Virus record (IMG/VR): IMGVR_UViG_3300020165_000007
Location: 62,001-126,000 of that record
Reading direction: 5' to 3' (one strand)
DNA: 64,000 nt
A model generated the notes under the pieces. The model did no database searches. It saw nothing but the letters and a program-made list of their open reading frames with translations, and had not been told where the DNA came from. Position numbers and translations under genes: made by a program. The number at the start of each line of letters is the position of its first letter. Within the stretch, counting starts at the first letter, position 1. This document shows, piece after piece, positions 55,230 through 62,898 of the stretch.

Positions 55230-55415
55230 ATGTTAATAATAGAGGTAAAAAATAAGAATATTGAATCAGCTTTGAAGAACTATAAATATAAAGTTTATAG
55301 AACTAAGCAGATGCAGAAAATCAATGAAAATAAAGAGTATACGAAACCTTCGGTTGAAAGAAGGGAGGAGCGCAAAAAAGCTATCTACGTAAATAAAAAA
55401 AGAAACGACCTTTAA
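55230..55415 (+). CDS. rpsU: Phage-encoded ribosomal protein bS21 (Bacteroidota type)
   Basis: MLIIEVKNKNIESALKNYKYKV...YTKPSVERREERKKAIY matches the Bacteroidota bS21 pattern MLII.VK..NI..ALK...F.KPSV.RR...KA.Y. Confidence 0.92.
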   Translation: MLIIEVKNKNIESALKNYKYKVYRTKQMQKINENKEYTKPSVERREERKKAIYVNKKRNDL

Positions 55416-55513
55416 CTGTTAGAGTACCACTGGTCGAAAATATCCAAATTCTTTCTTATCTCAGCGTCACTAACAGTAGTATTGGACCATTTAAGATATT
55501 TTCTGTCTGACAT
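55412..55513 (-). CDS. 33-aa micro-ORF coupled to holin-like gene (not in ORF track)
   Basis: MSDRKYLKWSNTTVSDAEIRKNLDIFDQWYSNS*; its ATG overlaps the TAA of the upstream gene (TAATG). Confidence 0.45.
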   Translation of the reverse strand: MSDRKYLKWSNTTVSDAEIRKNLDIFDQWYSNS

Positions 55514-55743
55514 TATTCTTCGACCCCTCTACTCCTTGAAAATTTTTCAAGTGTGGTGAATCCTAGTCCGGCTCCAACAATATACATCATACCATCCCAA
55601 ACATATTTTTGTAGAGGTATTTCCATAAAGATGTTGGATATAAATGCAACACACATCATGAAAAATGCTATTATAGTAACAAATCTTTTTGATGATTTTT
55701 GACCATCGACGTCACCTAATAATGATGTGAAAAATTTTCTCAT
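55513..55743 (-). CDS. Holin-like two-TM membrane protein
   Basis: SSKR followed by two hydrophobic helices (FVTIIAFFMMCVAFISNIF; GMMYIVGAGLGFTT) and a charged C-terminus. Confidence 0.55.
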   Translation of the reverse strand: MRKFFTSLLGDVDGQKSSKRFVTIIAFFMMCVAFISNIFMEIPLQKYVWDGMMYIVGAGLGFTTLEKFSRSRGVEE

Positions 55744-56480
55744 GAAATAAGTCCACTTTCTAATTGTCTTAATTTATATAAAGACGTTAAACTATTTTCC
55801 GACTCATTAATTTTATTAATAGTCTTTTGTAATTTTTCTTTTAATTCGGTATCGGTAGATTCGTTTAGATTATTGTTTAACTTTTCTATTACTGAGTCTT
55901 TTGTGTTGGATATTTCCTCTTTTAATGATTTACCGTCTAAAGAAATAAAATACTTTAACTCATTCTTATCCGACTCATTTAATGTGACATACTCATCATT
56001 AAATGTTTTAGTTGCAACTTTTAACATAGTTGATAGAGGTAGATTAACTGATGTACTTTCTTTAACTACTATTGTTTTTAATAAATTGTTTTTAATCTTT
56101 AATTTAGACTCTAAAAGAGACTCTAAGTTCTTCACAACGTTTTTAGTGTAGATTTGATAATCAATATCGGCATATCTATTATCCACATTTTCTTTTAGTA
56201 ACCCGTCAATCCATTCACCTAAAGAGTTAATTTTAGTTTGATTATTATTAATTAAATCTCTTAATTGTTCAAATGATTCTGATATGTAATCATCAACTAT
56301 ACTTTCATTTAATCCCTTTTGTGACGATAACTCATCGTATATATAATAAGCCTCAGAAATAGATTTATCACCTATAACGTAATGTTTAAATTCTTTTAAA
56401 CCTTTTTTAAAAATATCTTTTTTGTAATTTTTTTCAAAAAAAGTTTCGATTTTAGTTTTTATTACTCCAAATGAATTCAT
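55740..56480 (-). CDS. Helical hypothetical protein rich in [ILV]xES motifs, candidate prohead core component
   Basis: GLNES, LLES, VVKES, TLNES, NLNES, INES, QLES in 246 aa; late motif upstream. Confidence 0.7.
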   Translation of the reverse strand: MNSFGVIKTKIETFFEKNYKKDIFKKGLKEFKHYVIGDKSISEAYYIYDELSSQKGLNESIVDDYISESFEQLRDLINNNQTKINSLGEWIDGLLKENVDNRYADIDYQIYTKNVVKNLESLLESKLKIKNNLLKTIVVKESTSVNLPLSTMLKVATKTFNDEYVTLNESDKNELKYFISLDGKSLKEEISNTKDSVIEKLNNNLNESTDTELKEKLQKTINKINESENSLTSLYKLRQLESGLIS

Positions 56481-56492
56481 GGTATTTTATTT

Positions 56493-56501
56493 TATAAATA
56501 T
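56493..56501 (-). promoter_or_regulatory. Putative late promoter ATATTTATA
   Basis: 12 nt upstream of ATG 56480. Confidence 0.6.
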
Positions 56502-58402
56502 CAATCATTTAGTAATTCGTTCAATTTATCTTCAATTTCACCTAACGACTGTCTTCCTTTAGATAAGTCTAATATAGTTTTTCCATTAATAAAATCATCT
56601 TCTAATAATATATCTAAATCTTTATTACTAATAAATCTTTCAGGTGTTAAATCTCCCCCACCTTCGTCACCACCTGCGTCACCACCTGCGTCACCACCTA
56701 AATCACCACCTAAATCACCACCTAAATCACCACCTAAATCACCTCCTAAATCACCTCCTAAATCACCTCCTAAATCACCAGTCGACATTCCTCCCATATC
56801 ACCTACTTCGGAGTCTGTTGTTTCGTCACCCATAGCATCACCACCTTCACCAGGTTTATTACCGTATAACTTATCTATATTAGCAAATATACCCGTTTTA
56901 CTTATTACTTCAGATGTCTTTTCTAATTCAGCGGCAACTGCTTTTTCCATTCTTTGTTGTTGAATATCCAACTTAATTTCATCATCACTAAATCCGAGAA
57001 TGTGTTTCTTAGCCCAAGATGATGAAACAGGTAGAATACCATTACCTGGGTCACTAACAGCATCCCTATAAAGTTGTATTTTCTGTGTCCATTGTTCCAT
57101 TTTTAATAATTCTGCTTGTGCAGATGGATTAGTTAACCCTAAAGTAAAGTTACCTAATTCGTCTTCAAAACCTAAAAGGTATAAATGAACTATAGCTATT
57201 TTATTAAGTTCTTGAACCATAGATTTTTGTATTCTATTTATAGTTCTAGCGAACCTAATATCTTGTAAAGATAGACTTTTACCGTCTCCAACAACCTCTT
57301 CAAAACCTAAGAAAGCTTTAGGTACCCTCAAAGAAGTTAATAACTTTTTTTGTATGTACTCAATATCCGCAATTTCAGATAGGTTCTGAGCCCCTGGTAA
57401 TGTATCTATAGGGTTAGGAGCATTAGGGTCCCTAACAGGAATAAAGTAATCTTGGTCAACAGCCATTTGATTATATCTTAAGTCCACATTTCCATTGTTG
57501 GAGTCAACTACTTGGTCTCTTTTGAACTTATTAGCGACTCGTTGTACATAAGGTTCAACATCCTTATCATCCATGTTACCTACAAATATTTTAAATACCC
57601 TTCTTTCTGGTGCTCTAGAAGTCCTATAGATTAACATAGCATCTTCTGATAAGATTAATTGTTTCCATATACGTCTACCTTTTTCTAACATAGATGTACC
57701 GTATGGTAGTTTTCTATCATCACCTAATAATCTAAAGTGAGCGACTTCCCAAGTATTGAAAGTTATATCTTTATTCTGCCACAAAAATTTTAATGAATCA
57801 TTTTCACTTTCCGTTGAGTTTCTTTCAGGTTTAATTTTCATACCTCTCTCCTGTCTAGTAATCTCAATATTAGGTAACTGTTGAGCCCCCATAATACCTT
57901 TTTCAGGGTCTAATTTTAAATACACAAAATTATCACCGTACTTACATGTATTACGTGTCCACATAGGTAAGTTAGTATTAATATCTAATCTATTATTAAA
58001 TAAATCCGCTAAAACTGATTTTATTCTTTTACTTTCAGAGTAAATTTGTAATATATATCCGTCTTCATCGGGTGTAGTAGACTCTTCAGAATAAATGTCT
58101 AAAGCTGCTGAAATTTCAGGAGTATACTCCATACTCTCATAGTCGTAAAAAGATGCTAAACGTGTGGGTTCATAATAAACCGCTTGGGTATATAAATTGT
58201 TTTCGATTTTTTGCCATTGCTGACCTAAATATAGTGTTTGTTGAGCTTGTAATTTCTCTCTTTCATATTCTTTTTTGTCGGTAGTTTTTAATATTTGTTT
58301 TTTATCAAAATTATAAACCGGGGCTTGTTGGTCTAAGGTAGAATCAGGTCCAAATACCTTAGTCAACCTTTGCCATATAGTAAAATTGTTATTATCAGCC
58401 AT
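56501..58402 (-). CDS. Portal protein (T4 gp20-like)
   Basis: PEISAALDIYSEE, HFRL...PYGTSMLE, EDAMLIYR.SRAPERRVF.I.VGNM, QDYFIP, IDTLPGAQNL..IADIEY..KKL..SLRVP. Confidence 0.95.
   Translation of the reverse strand: MADNNNFTIWQRLTKVFGPDSTLDQQAPVYNFDKKQILKTTDKKEYEREKLQAQQTLYLGQQWQKIENNLYTQAVYYEPTRLASFYDYESMEYTPEISAALDIYSEESTTPDEDGYILQIYSESKRIKSVLADLFNNRLDINTNLPMWTRNTCKYGDNFVYLKLDPEKGIMGAQQLPNIEITRQERGMKIKPERNSTESENDSLKFLWQNKDITFNTWEVAHFRLLGDDRKLPYGTSMLEKGRRIWKQLILSEDAMLIYRTSRAPERRVFKIFVGNMDDKDVEPYVQRVANKFKRDQVVDSNNGNVDLRYNQMAVDQDYFIPVRDPNAPNPIDTLPGAQNLSEIADIEYIQKKLLTSLRVPKAFLGFEEVVGDGKSLSLQDIRFARTINRIQKSMVQELNKIAIVHLYLLGFEDELGNFTLGLTNPSAQAELLKMEQWTQKIQLYRDAVSDPGNGILPVSSSWAKKHILGFSDDEIKLDIQQQRMEKAVAAELEKTSEVISKTGIFANIDKLYGNKPGEGGDAMGDETTDSEVGDMGGMSTGDLGGDLGGDLGGDLGGDLGGDLGGDLGGDAGGDAGGDEGGGDLTPERFISNKDLDILLEDDFINGKTILDLSKGRQSLGEIEDKLNELLND
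56667..56780 (-). repeat. 12-nt tandem repeats encoding (GGDL)7(GGDA)2 in portal C-terminal tail
   Basis: tcaccacctgcg x2, tcaccacctaaa x4, tcacctcctaaa x3. Confidence 0.92.
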
Positions 58403-58411
58403 CTTTTTTTA

Positions 58412-58420
58412 AATAAATAT
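58412..58420 (-). promoter_or_regulatory. Putative late promoter ATATTTATT
   Basis: 9 nt upstream of portal ATG 58402. Confidence 0.5.
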
Positions 58421-58445
58421 AAACTTTACTTAATTTAATTAAAGG

Positions 58446-60227
58446 TTATCTACGATTACCTCCAAATAACCAACCGTAATCCTCATAATCTTTTTTAGTG
58501 TAACCATCAATTCGTCTATGGTGATTGTATTGATTAGCGGGCATTACAGGTAAACCTGGATTAAACTCTTTAGATGAATTTTTTACCGGAGTTTCATTAA
58601 CTAACCAACTTTCCATCATAGCCTTTGTTTGGTCGGTCACCTTTTCAAGTTTCGTGAAAGAATTTTCACCTACATATATTGCCATTGCCATGGCCATGAT
58701 AAGGTCGTCGTGTTGACCCTTAATATGGTCAGGCCTTCCATTTACATAGACAAAAGTATTTAGCTCGTTCATAAGACGTGTCGAACGAACAATAAAGTTA
58801 TGTCTTAAAGCCTCCTCAAAAGAAGCCACAATTTGAACTCTTTTTGAGTTAAAGTTTAATCCCGGTATTTTCTCTATAGTTGATGGGTTGTACTTCCACT
58901 TATCAGCAACATTAGTACCTTCAACATATAAATCTTTATAGTTCATTTCTTGCAATTTTCTTGCGGTAGAAACCCCCATACCTCCAGTGATATCAATAAC
59001 GACAAAGGCAGAATACATTGTCGCCCACTTAAATGCGACTTCAGCAGCGACATCAGGAGGTATTTTACCTAAATACTCTAAAACTTGTTCTCTCTCATCA
59101 AAATCTATAATACAAAAGGTTGTAAAGTCTTCACTATCACCACGAGATACATCAATACCCATAATATATTTGTGACCGACAACAGGTTCTTTCCACTGCC
59201 ATAACGCACCACCCATAAATTTATTTTCTGGTTCCACAATAAAATTCTCCTTTATTTTTTCCACAGTATCACTAGGTATTACATTATCACCTGAACCCAA
59301 GAAATTACACTCTAATTCCTGAGCAATTTTACGTCTATCAAACTTAAGCTTTTTAGCCATACCTTCGAACCACGTAGAGTATGGCTTATATCCCTCAAGA
59401 AACTTAGATTTAATCTCTTCAAAATTTCTTTCCATAGGTGATATGTGACCATACTCTATAATAATCTCGTCATCATTGTAATCCTCCCTATTTAACATAT
59501 AATGAACAATATCATTACATTTAATAAGTTTTAAATCTTTAGCGTACCGAGGGTCACGGTACCAAAACATTTCAGTAATTTTAAAGTCATTCATACCCCT
59601 TAAACACTGGTCGTAAATAGAGTAATATATTGGGTCAAATCCATTAGGGGTAGATATTACAATTACTTTACCTCCTGTAGATAGGGACGCCATACACGCA
59701 GACCAAAAGTCATTATCGGCTTCAATAAATGCCGCTTCGTCAAACACAAGAATGGTAGGGGTATATCCACGAAGTGCGTCTTTCGATGTTGCAACTGACT
59801 TTACTTCACACCCATTAGTTAATTTATAATGTCTTTGAGAGTTCTTTTCAATGGAGAAATCTACCCCAAACCATGAGGGCCATTGGTCCATGAAAGCTCT
59901 GATTTTACTTGCCATCTCAACAGATGTATCAAGTTTATTGGCTATGATAAGGATTTTTTCTGGTTTAGTTTTAGAAGCTGTAACTAATTTTTTAGATATC
60001 CATGCAGATGTTACAGTAGACACTCCAGCTTGTCTATATTTAAGGGCTATGTTTTCTTCAAAAGTATCATAATCATTTATTAGATATTCTTGGTCGGGAA
60101 ATAATTTTAAAGGAACATATTTAGACTGAGTATTATCATAAGTCTGTAGATATGTTTTTAACGCATACGAGGTGTCTTTTACACACCTCGCATACTCCAA
60201 TAATACCTTTTCTTTTGTTAACGCCAT
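58446..60227 (-). CDS. terL: Terminase large subunit (T4 gp17-like)
   Basis: LKYRQAGVST (Walker A), LVFDEAAF (Walker B), ISTPNG, QELEC.F, MGIDVSRGDSEDF, HDDLIMA. Confidence 0.96.
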   Translation of the reverse strand: MALTKEKVLLEYARCVKDTSYALKTYLQTYDNTQSKYVPLKLFPDQEYLINDYDTFEENIALKYRQAGVSTVTSAWISKKLVTASKTKPEKILIIANKLDTSVEMASKIRAFMDQWPSWFGVDFSIEKNSQRHYKLTNGCEVKSVATSKDALRGYTPTILVFDEAAFIEADNDFWSACMASLSTGGKVIVISTPNGFDPIYYSIYDQCLRGMNDFKITEMFWYRDPRYAKDLKLIKCNDIVHYMLNREDYNDDEIIIEYGHISPMERNFEEIKSKFLEGYKPYSTWFEGMAKKLKFDRRKIAQELECNFLGSGDNVIPSDTVEKIKENFIVEPENKFMGGALWQWKEPVVGHKYIMGIDVSRGDSEDFTTFCIIDFDEREQVLEYLGKIPPDVAAEVAFKWATMYSAFVVIDITGGMGVSTARKLQEMNYKDLYVEGTNVADKWKYNPSTIEKIPGLNFNSKRVQIVASFEEALRHNFIVRSTRLMNELNTFVYVNGRPDHIKGQHDDLIMAMAMAIYVGENSFTKLEKVTDQTKAMMESWLVNETPVKNSSKEFNPGLPVMPANQYNHHRRIDGYTKKDYEDYGWLFGGNRR

Positions 60228-60247
60228 ATAGACATTTTAAATAACTT

Positions 60248-61543
60248 TTATGTTAAGGAAATACCTAGGTCACCCAATAGGTCAGAAAGTCCATCATCGC
60301 TGTCATCATCATCATCAGTATACTGTGACATTGCGTCTTCATATTCATACCCCTTAAGTTCTTCAATAATTTCATTAACCATTTTTGAAACAATTTGTTT
60401 TCCTTCGTCTGAACCTGAAATAATTAAACGAGCTACTTCAAAAAACTCGTCTGTAGATAATGCGGAAAAACGAGAAAATAAATAATTTTGTATTTCTCTC
60501 ATATCATCTTCATATATTTTATCAGGATACGAAGATTTAAATTTGTCCCAAATAACTGGACCTAATCTTAAATCCCATATTTCATATGGGAGTGTATCTG
60601 TTTGACCCATAACCATATCAGCGGCCTTAGGGTCGTCTGGTAACCCTGACGTACCTAATACCTCATAAACCCCTTTAATTAGTTCATGAACTAAAACAGG
60701 AAAGAATAGACCTTTAGCCTTAATAGTAGGTGGGTCTGTCGTATCATCAACTTCTTCAGAACCCTGTACTCCCTCACCACTTTCGGCTGCGGACATAATC
60801 ATTTGGTCTGGCATTATCCAATAAAGTAAATCGTTAATAGACATTAGGACCCCATAAAGATTTAATAGTCTAGGGTTAATATTATTTAATTGTTCCTCAA
60901 CAAGATGGAACATGTAATGACCTTTTTTTGAGGCTCCCTGTATTAATGAATTAATAAACCTTCTTTTAGATTTCTCTAAATCAAATTTTTCAAAAGCCAC
61001 CATAAAGTTTTCTAAATCGTCTTCCGCCTCATCTGAACTAACTCCAAATTGTTGCTGAACTTCCTCATCATCAATCTCTTCTGGTTCAGAAATCATATTA
61101 GACGTATCTATTTGACCTGGCATTGATTGTAACTCTACGTCATATTGAAATGCATCATCAGGTAGTGATAATTCTTGTTTAACTAAGTCTACTGCTAATT
61201 GTTCTAAATAACCCTCATTATTTGATTCTATAGATTTCACTTCCTGTACTGCCTGCATTAACATCATTTGTAATTGCATAAATGCATTTTGTCCTGACAC
61301 TTCTTCCATACCAGTGTAGTTTTTTACTCTATCAACCACTTCTTTAAATCTCGTAGAAGCTATTAATTCAGCAAAAGAATTATCAAACTCATCGTTCTCT
61401 TTACCTGGTAGGGCGGGATTATCAGAAATAGGGGTTTCACCACTAGAGATTTTCCTCTCGATTTCTCTATCCATTCTTTCAGGACCATCGTATTCGATTT
61501 GTTCTTTTACGGCCTTTCGTATTTTGTTAGTTAAATCACTCAT
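60248..61543 (-). CDS. Conserved hypothetical protein (HELIKG motif)
   Basis: 431-aa acidic ORF directly upstream of terL. Confidence 0.75.
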   Translation of the reverse strand: MSDLTNKIRKAVKEQIEYDGPERMDREIERKISSGETPISDNPALPGKENDEFDNSFAELIASTRFKEVVDRVKNYTGMEEVSGQNAFMQLQMMLMQAVQEVKSIESNNEGYLEQLAVDLVKQELSLPDDAFQYDVELQSMPGQIDTSNMISEPEEIDDEEVQQQFGVSSDEAEDDLENFMVAFEKFDLEKSKRRFINSLIQGASKKGHYMFHLVEEQLNNINPRLLNLYGVLMSINDLLYWIMPDQMIMSAAESGEGVQGSEEVDDTTDPPTIKAKGLFFPVLVHELIKGVYEVLGTSGLPDDPKAADMVMGQTDTLPYEIWDLRLGPVIWDKFKSSYPDKIYEDDMREIQNYLFSRFSALSTDEFFEVARLIISGSDEGKQIVSKMVNEIIEELKGYEYEDAMSQYTDDDDDSDDGLSDLLGDLGISLT

Positions 61544-62498
61544 CTCTAAATTTTATATTTAGGTTATTAAATTTTAAGAACTCAGGCACTCCTTTATCTT
61601 CACCCGCTTTAGGTTTTGGACTATGTTTTGGTTTGTAAGGATTACCCCTTTCAGGTTTAACACCTGGTTTAACCGTTGGCTCTGCCGGTTTTATTTCAGT
61701 ACCCGCTTTAGGTTTTGGACTATGTTTTGGTTTGTACGGTGTACCTCTTTTAGGTTTTACCCCTGGCTTAACAGTAGGCTCTGCGGGTGCAATTTTAGGT
61801 TGTTCCGACAAAATATCTTTTTTAGTTAACATTTTACCTTGTGATTTCTTAATCAAAGATACAATACTTTCTTCAAGATGACTAATTTTTTCTTCCTTAC
61901 TTTCTTTTTTAACGCAATTTGGAACTTTTTTACCAAACATAGTCTTCATACCTTTCTTCTCATAACCTTTCCAACACTTCGTACCTTTACTTGTCTCTTC
62001 AAACATACCTAAAGTTGTTAAAGTACCGATAGGTTTTTTCATTTTTTTCTTTGGGCTACCGAATAAATCTTCTATAACTGCATCCTCATCAATATACCCC
62101 ATTCCGTCACTATTCGGACTAGGATTATTACCTGCCGGACCTTCAGTATTACCAGGACTATTACCGGCGTAAGGATTATATCCACTTTCCTTCTCTACTG
62201 AGTTATCTAAATCTTCATCCTCAGATATTTCACTTTCATTCTTCATTGTTAATGCAACGTCTCCTTGGTCGGTTGCGGTTATCTGATTATTCTCACCGCT
62301 ATTAGCGTCTTTATCAAACTCTTTTCTATCTGTTTCATTATCTAAATCAAAAACTTTTGTTTTTGTATTATAACTTTCAGCCTCTTTAATTAATCTATCA
62401 TATAGTAAATCAATGTGAGTGTTAGACATTTTCTTAATAGTATCATAAGAAAAACCCTCCTCTAATAATGATACTATTTTTTTTTCTTTATTCTTCAT
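61536..62498 (-). CDS. Hypothetical modular protein with CWKGY...VPNCV module and duplicated Pro/Lys repeat
   Basis: KCWKGYEKKGMKTMFGKKVPNCVKKE; several [ILV]xE motifs. Confidence 0.75.
   Translation of the reverse strand: MKNKEKKIVSLLEEGFSYDTIKKMSNTHIDLLYDRLIKEAESYNTKTKVFDLDNETDRKEFDKDANSGENNQITATDQGDVALTMKNESEISEDEDLDNSVEKESGYNPYAGNSPGNTEGPAGNNPSPNSDGMGYIDEDAVIEDLFGSPKKKMKKPIGTLTTLGMFEETSKGTKCWKGYEKKGMKTMFGKKVPNCVKKESKEEKISHLEESIVSLIKKSQGKMLTKKDILSEQPKIAPAEPTVKPGVKPKRGTPYKPKHSPKPKAGTEIKPAEPTVKPGVKPERGNPYKPKHSPKPKAGEDKGVPEFLKFNNLNIKFRDE
61601..61795 (-). repeat. 99-nt tandem duplication encoding PAEPTVKPGVKP.RG.PYKPKHSPKPKAG
   Basis: Units start at about 61601 and 61700, with synonymous differences. 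Confidence 0.85.
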
Positions 62499-62898
62499 GT
62501 GTCATAAAACTTTTTTCATAAGAAAGAACAATATCTCTTTCATATAATTTATCTTCTACGGATTTTACTGTATCTCCGTATCTAAAGACTAATCTTTTAT
62601 ACTTACTATCGACTACAAACTCAGAATCAGATTTTTCCCATCCTAAAGATATAACATCCTCAACTGCGTCATAAACAGAAAAAAAGTCAGAGTTTTGAAC
62701 TAACTCTAATTCAATATCTGAGTTTCTCAAAACACCAACTTTTTTAATATATTCAACATTAGGTGGTAATGGTTTACCTGAAGCCGGTTCAGAATCCCAA
62801 TCCTCACCCCATACTTCTTCTACGTCAGAGAATATAAACTCATAGATATTGTCCCCTTTATAATTGGGACCCAATTCGTTGACGTAGATTAACCTCAT
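62488..62898 (-). CDS. Hypothetical protein
   Basis: 136-aa ORF coupled to both neighbours. Confidence 0.75.
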   Translation of the reverse strand: MRLIYVNELGPNYKGDNIYEFIFSDVEEVWGEDWDSEPASGKPLPPNVEYIKKVGVLRNSDIELELVQNSDFFSVYDAVEDVISLGWEKSDSEFVVDSKYKRLVFRYGDTVKSVEDKLYERDIVLSYEKSFMTHEE

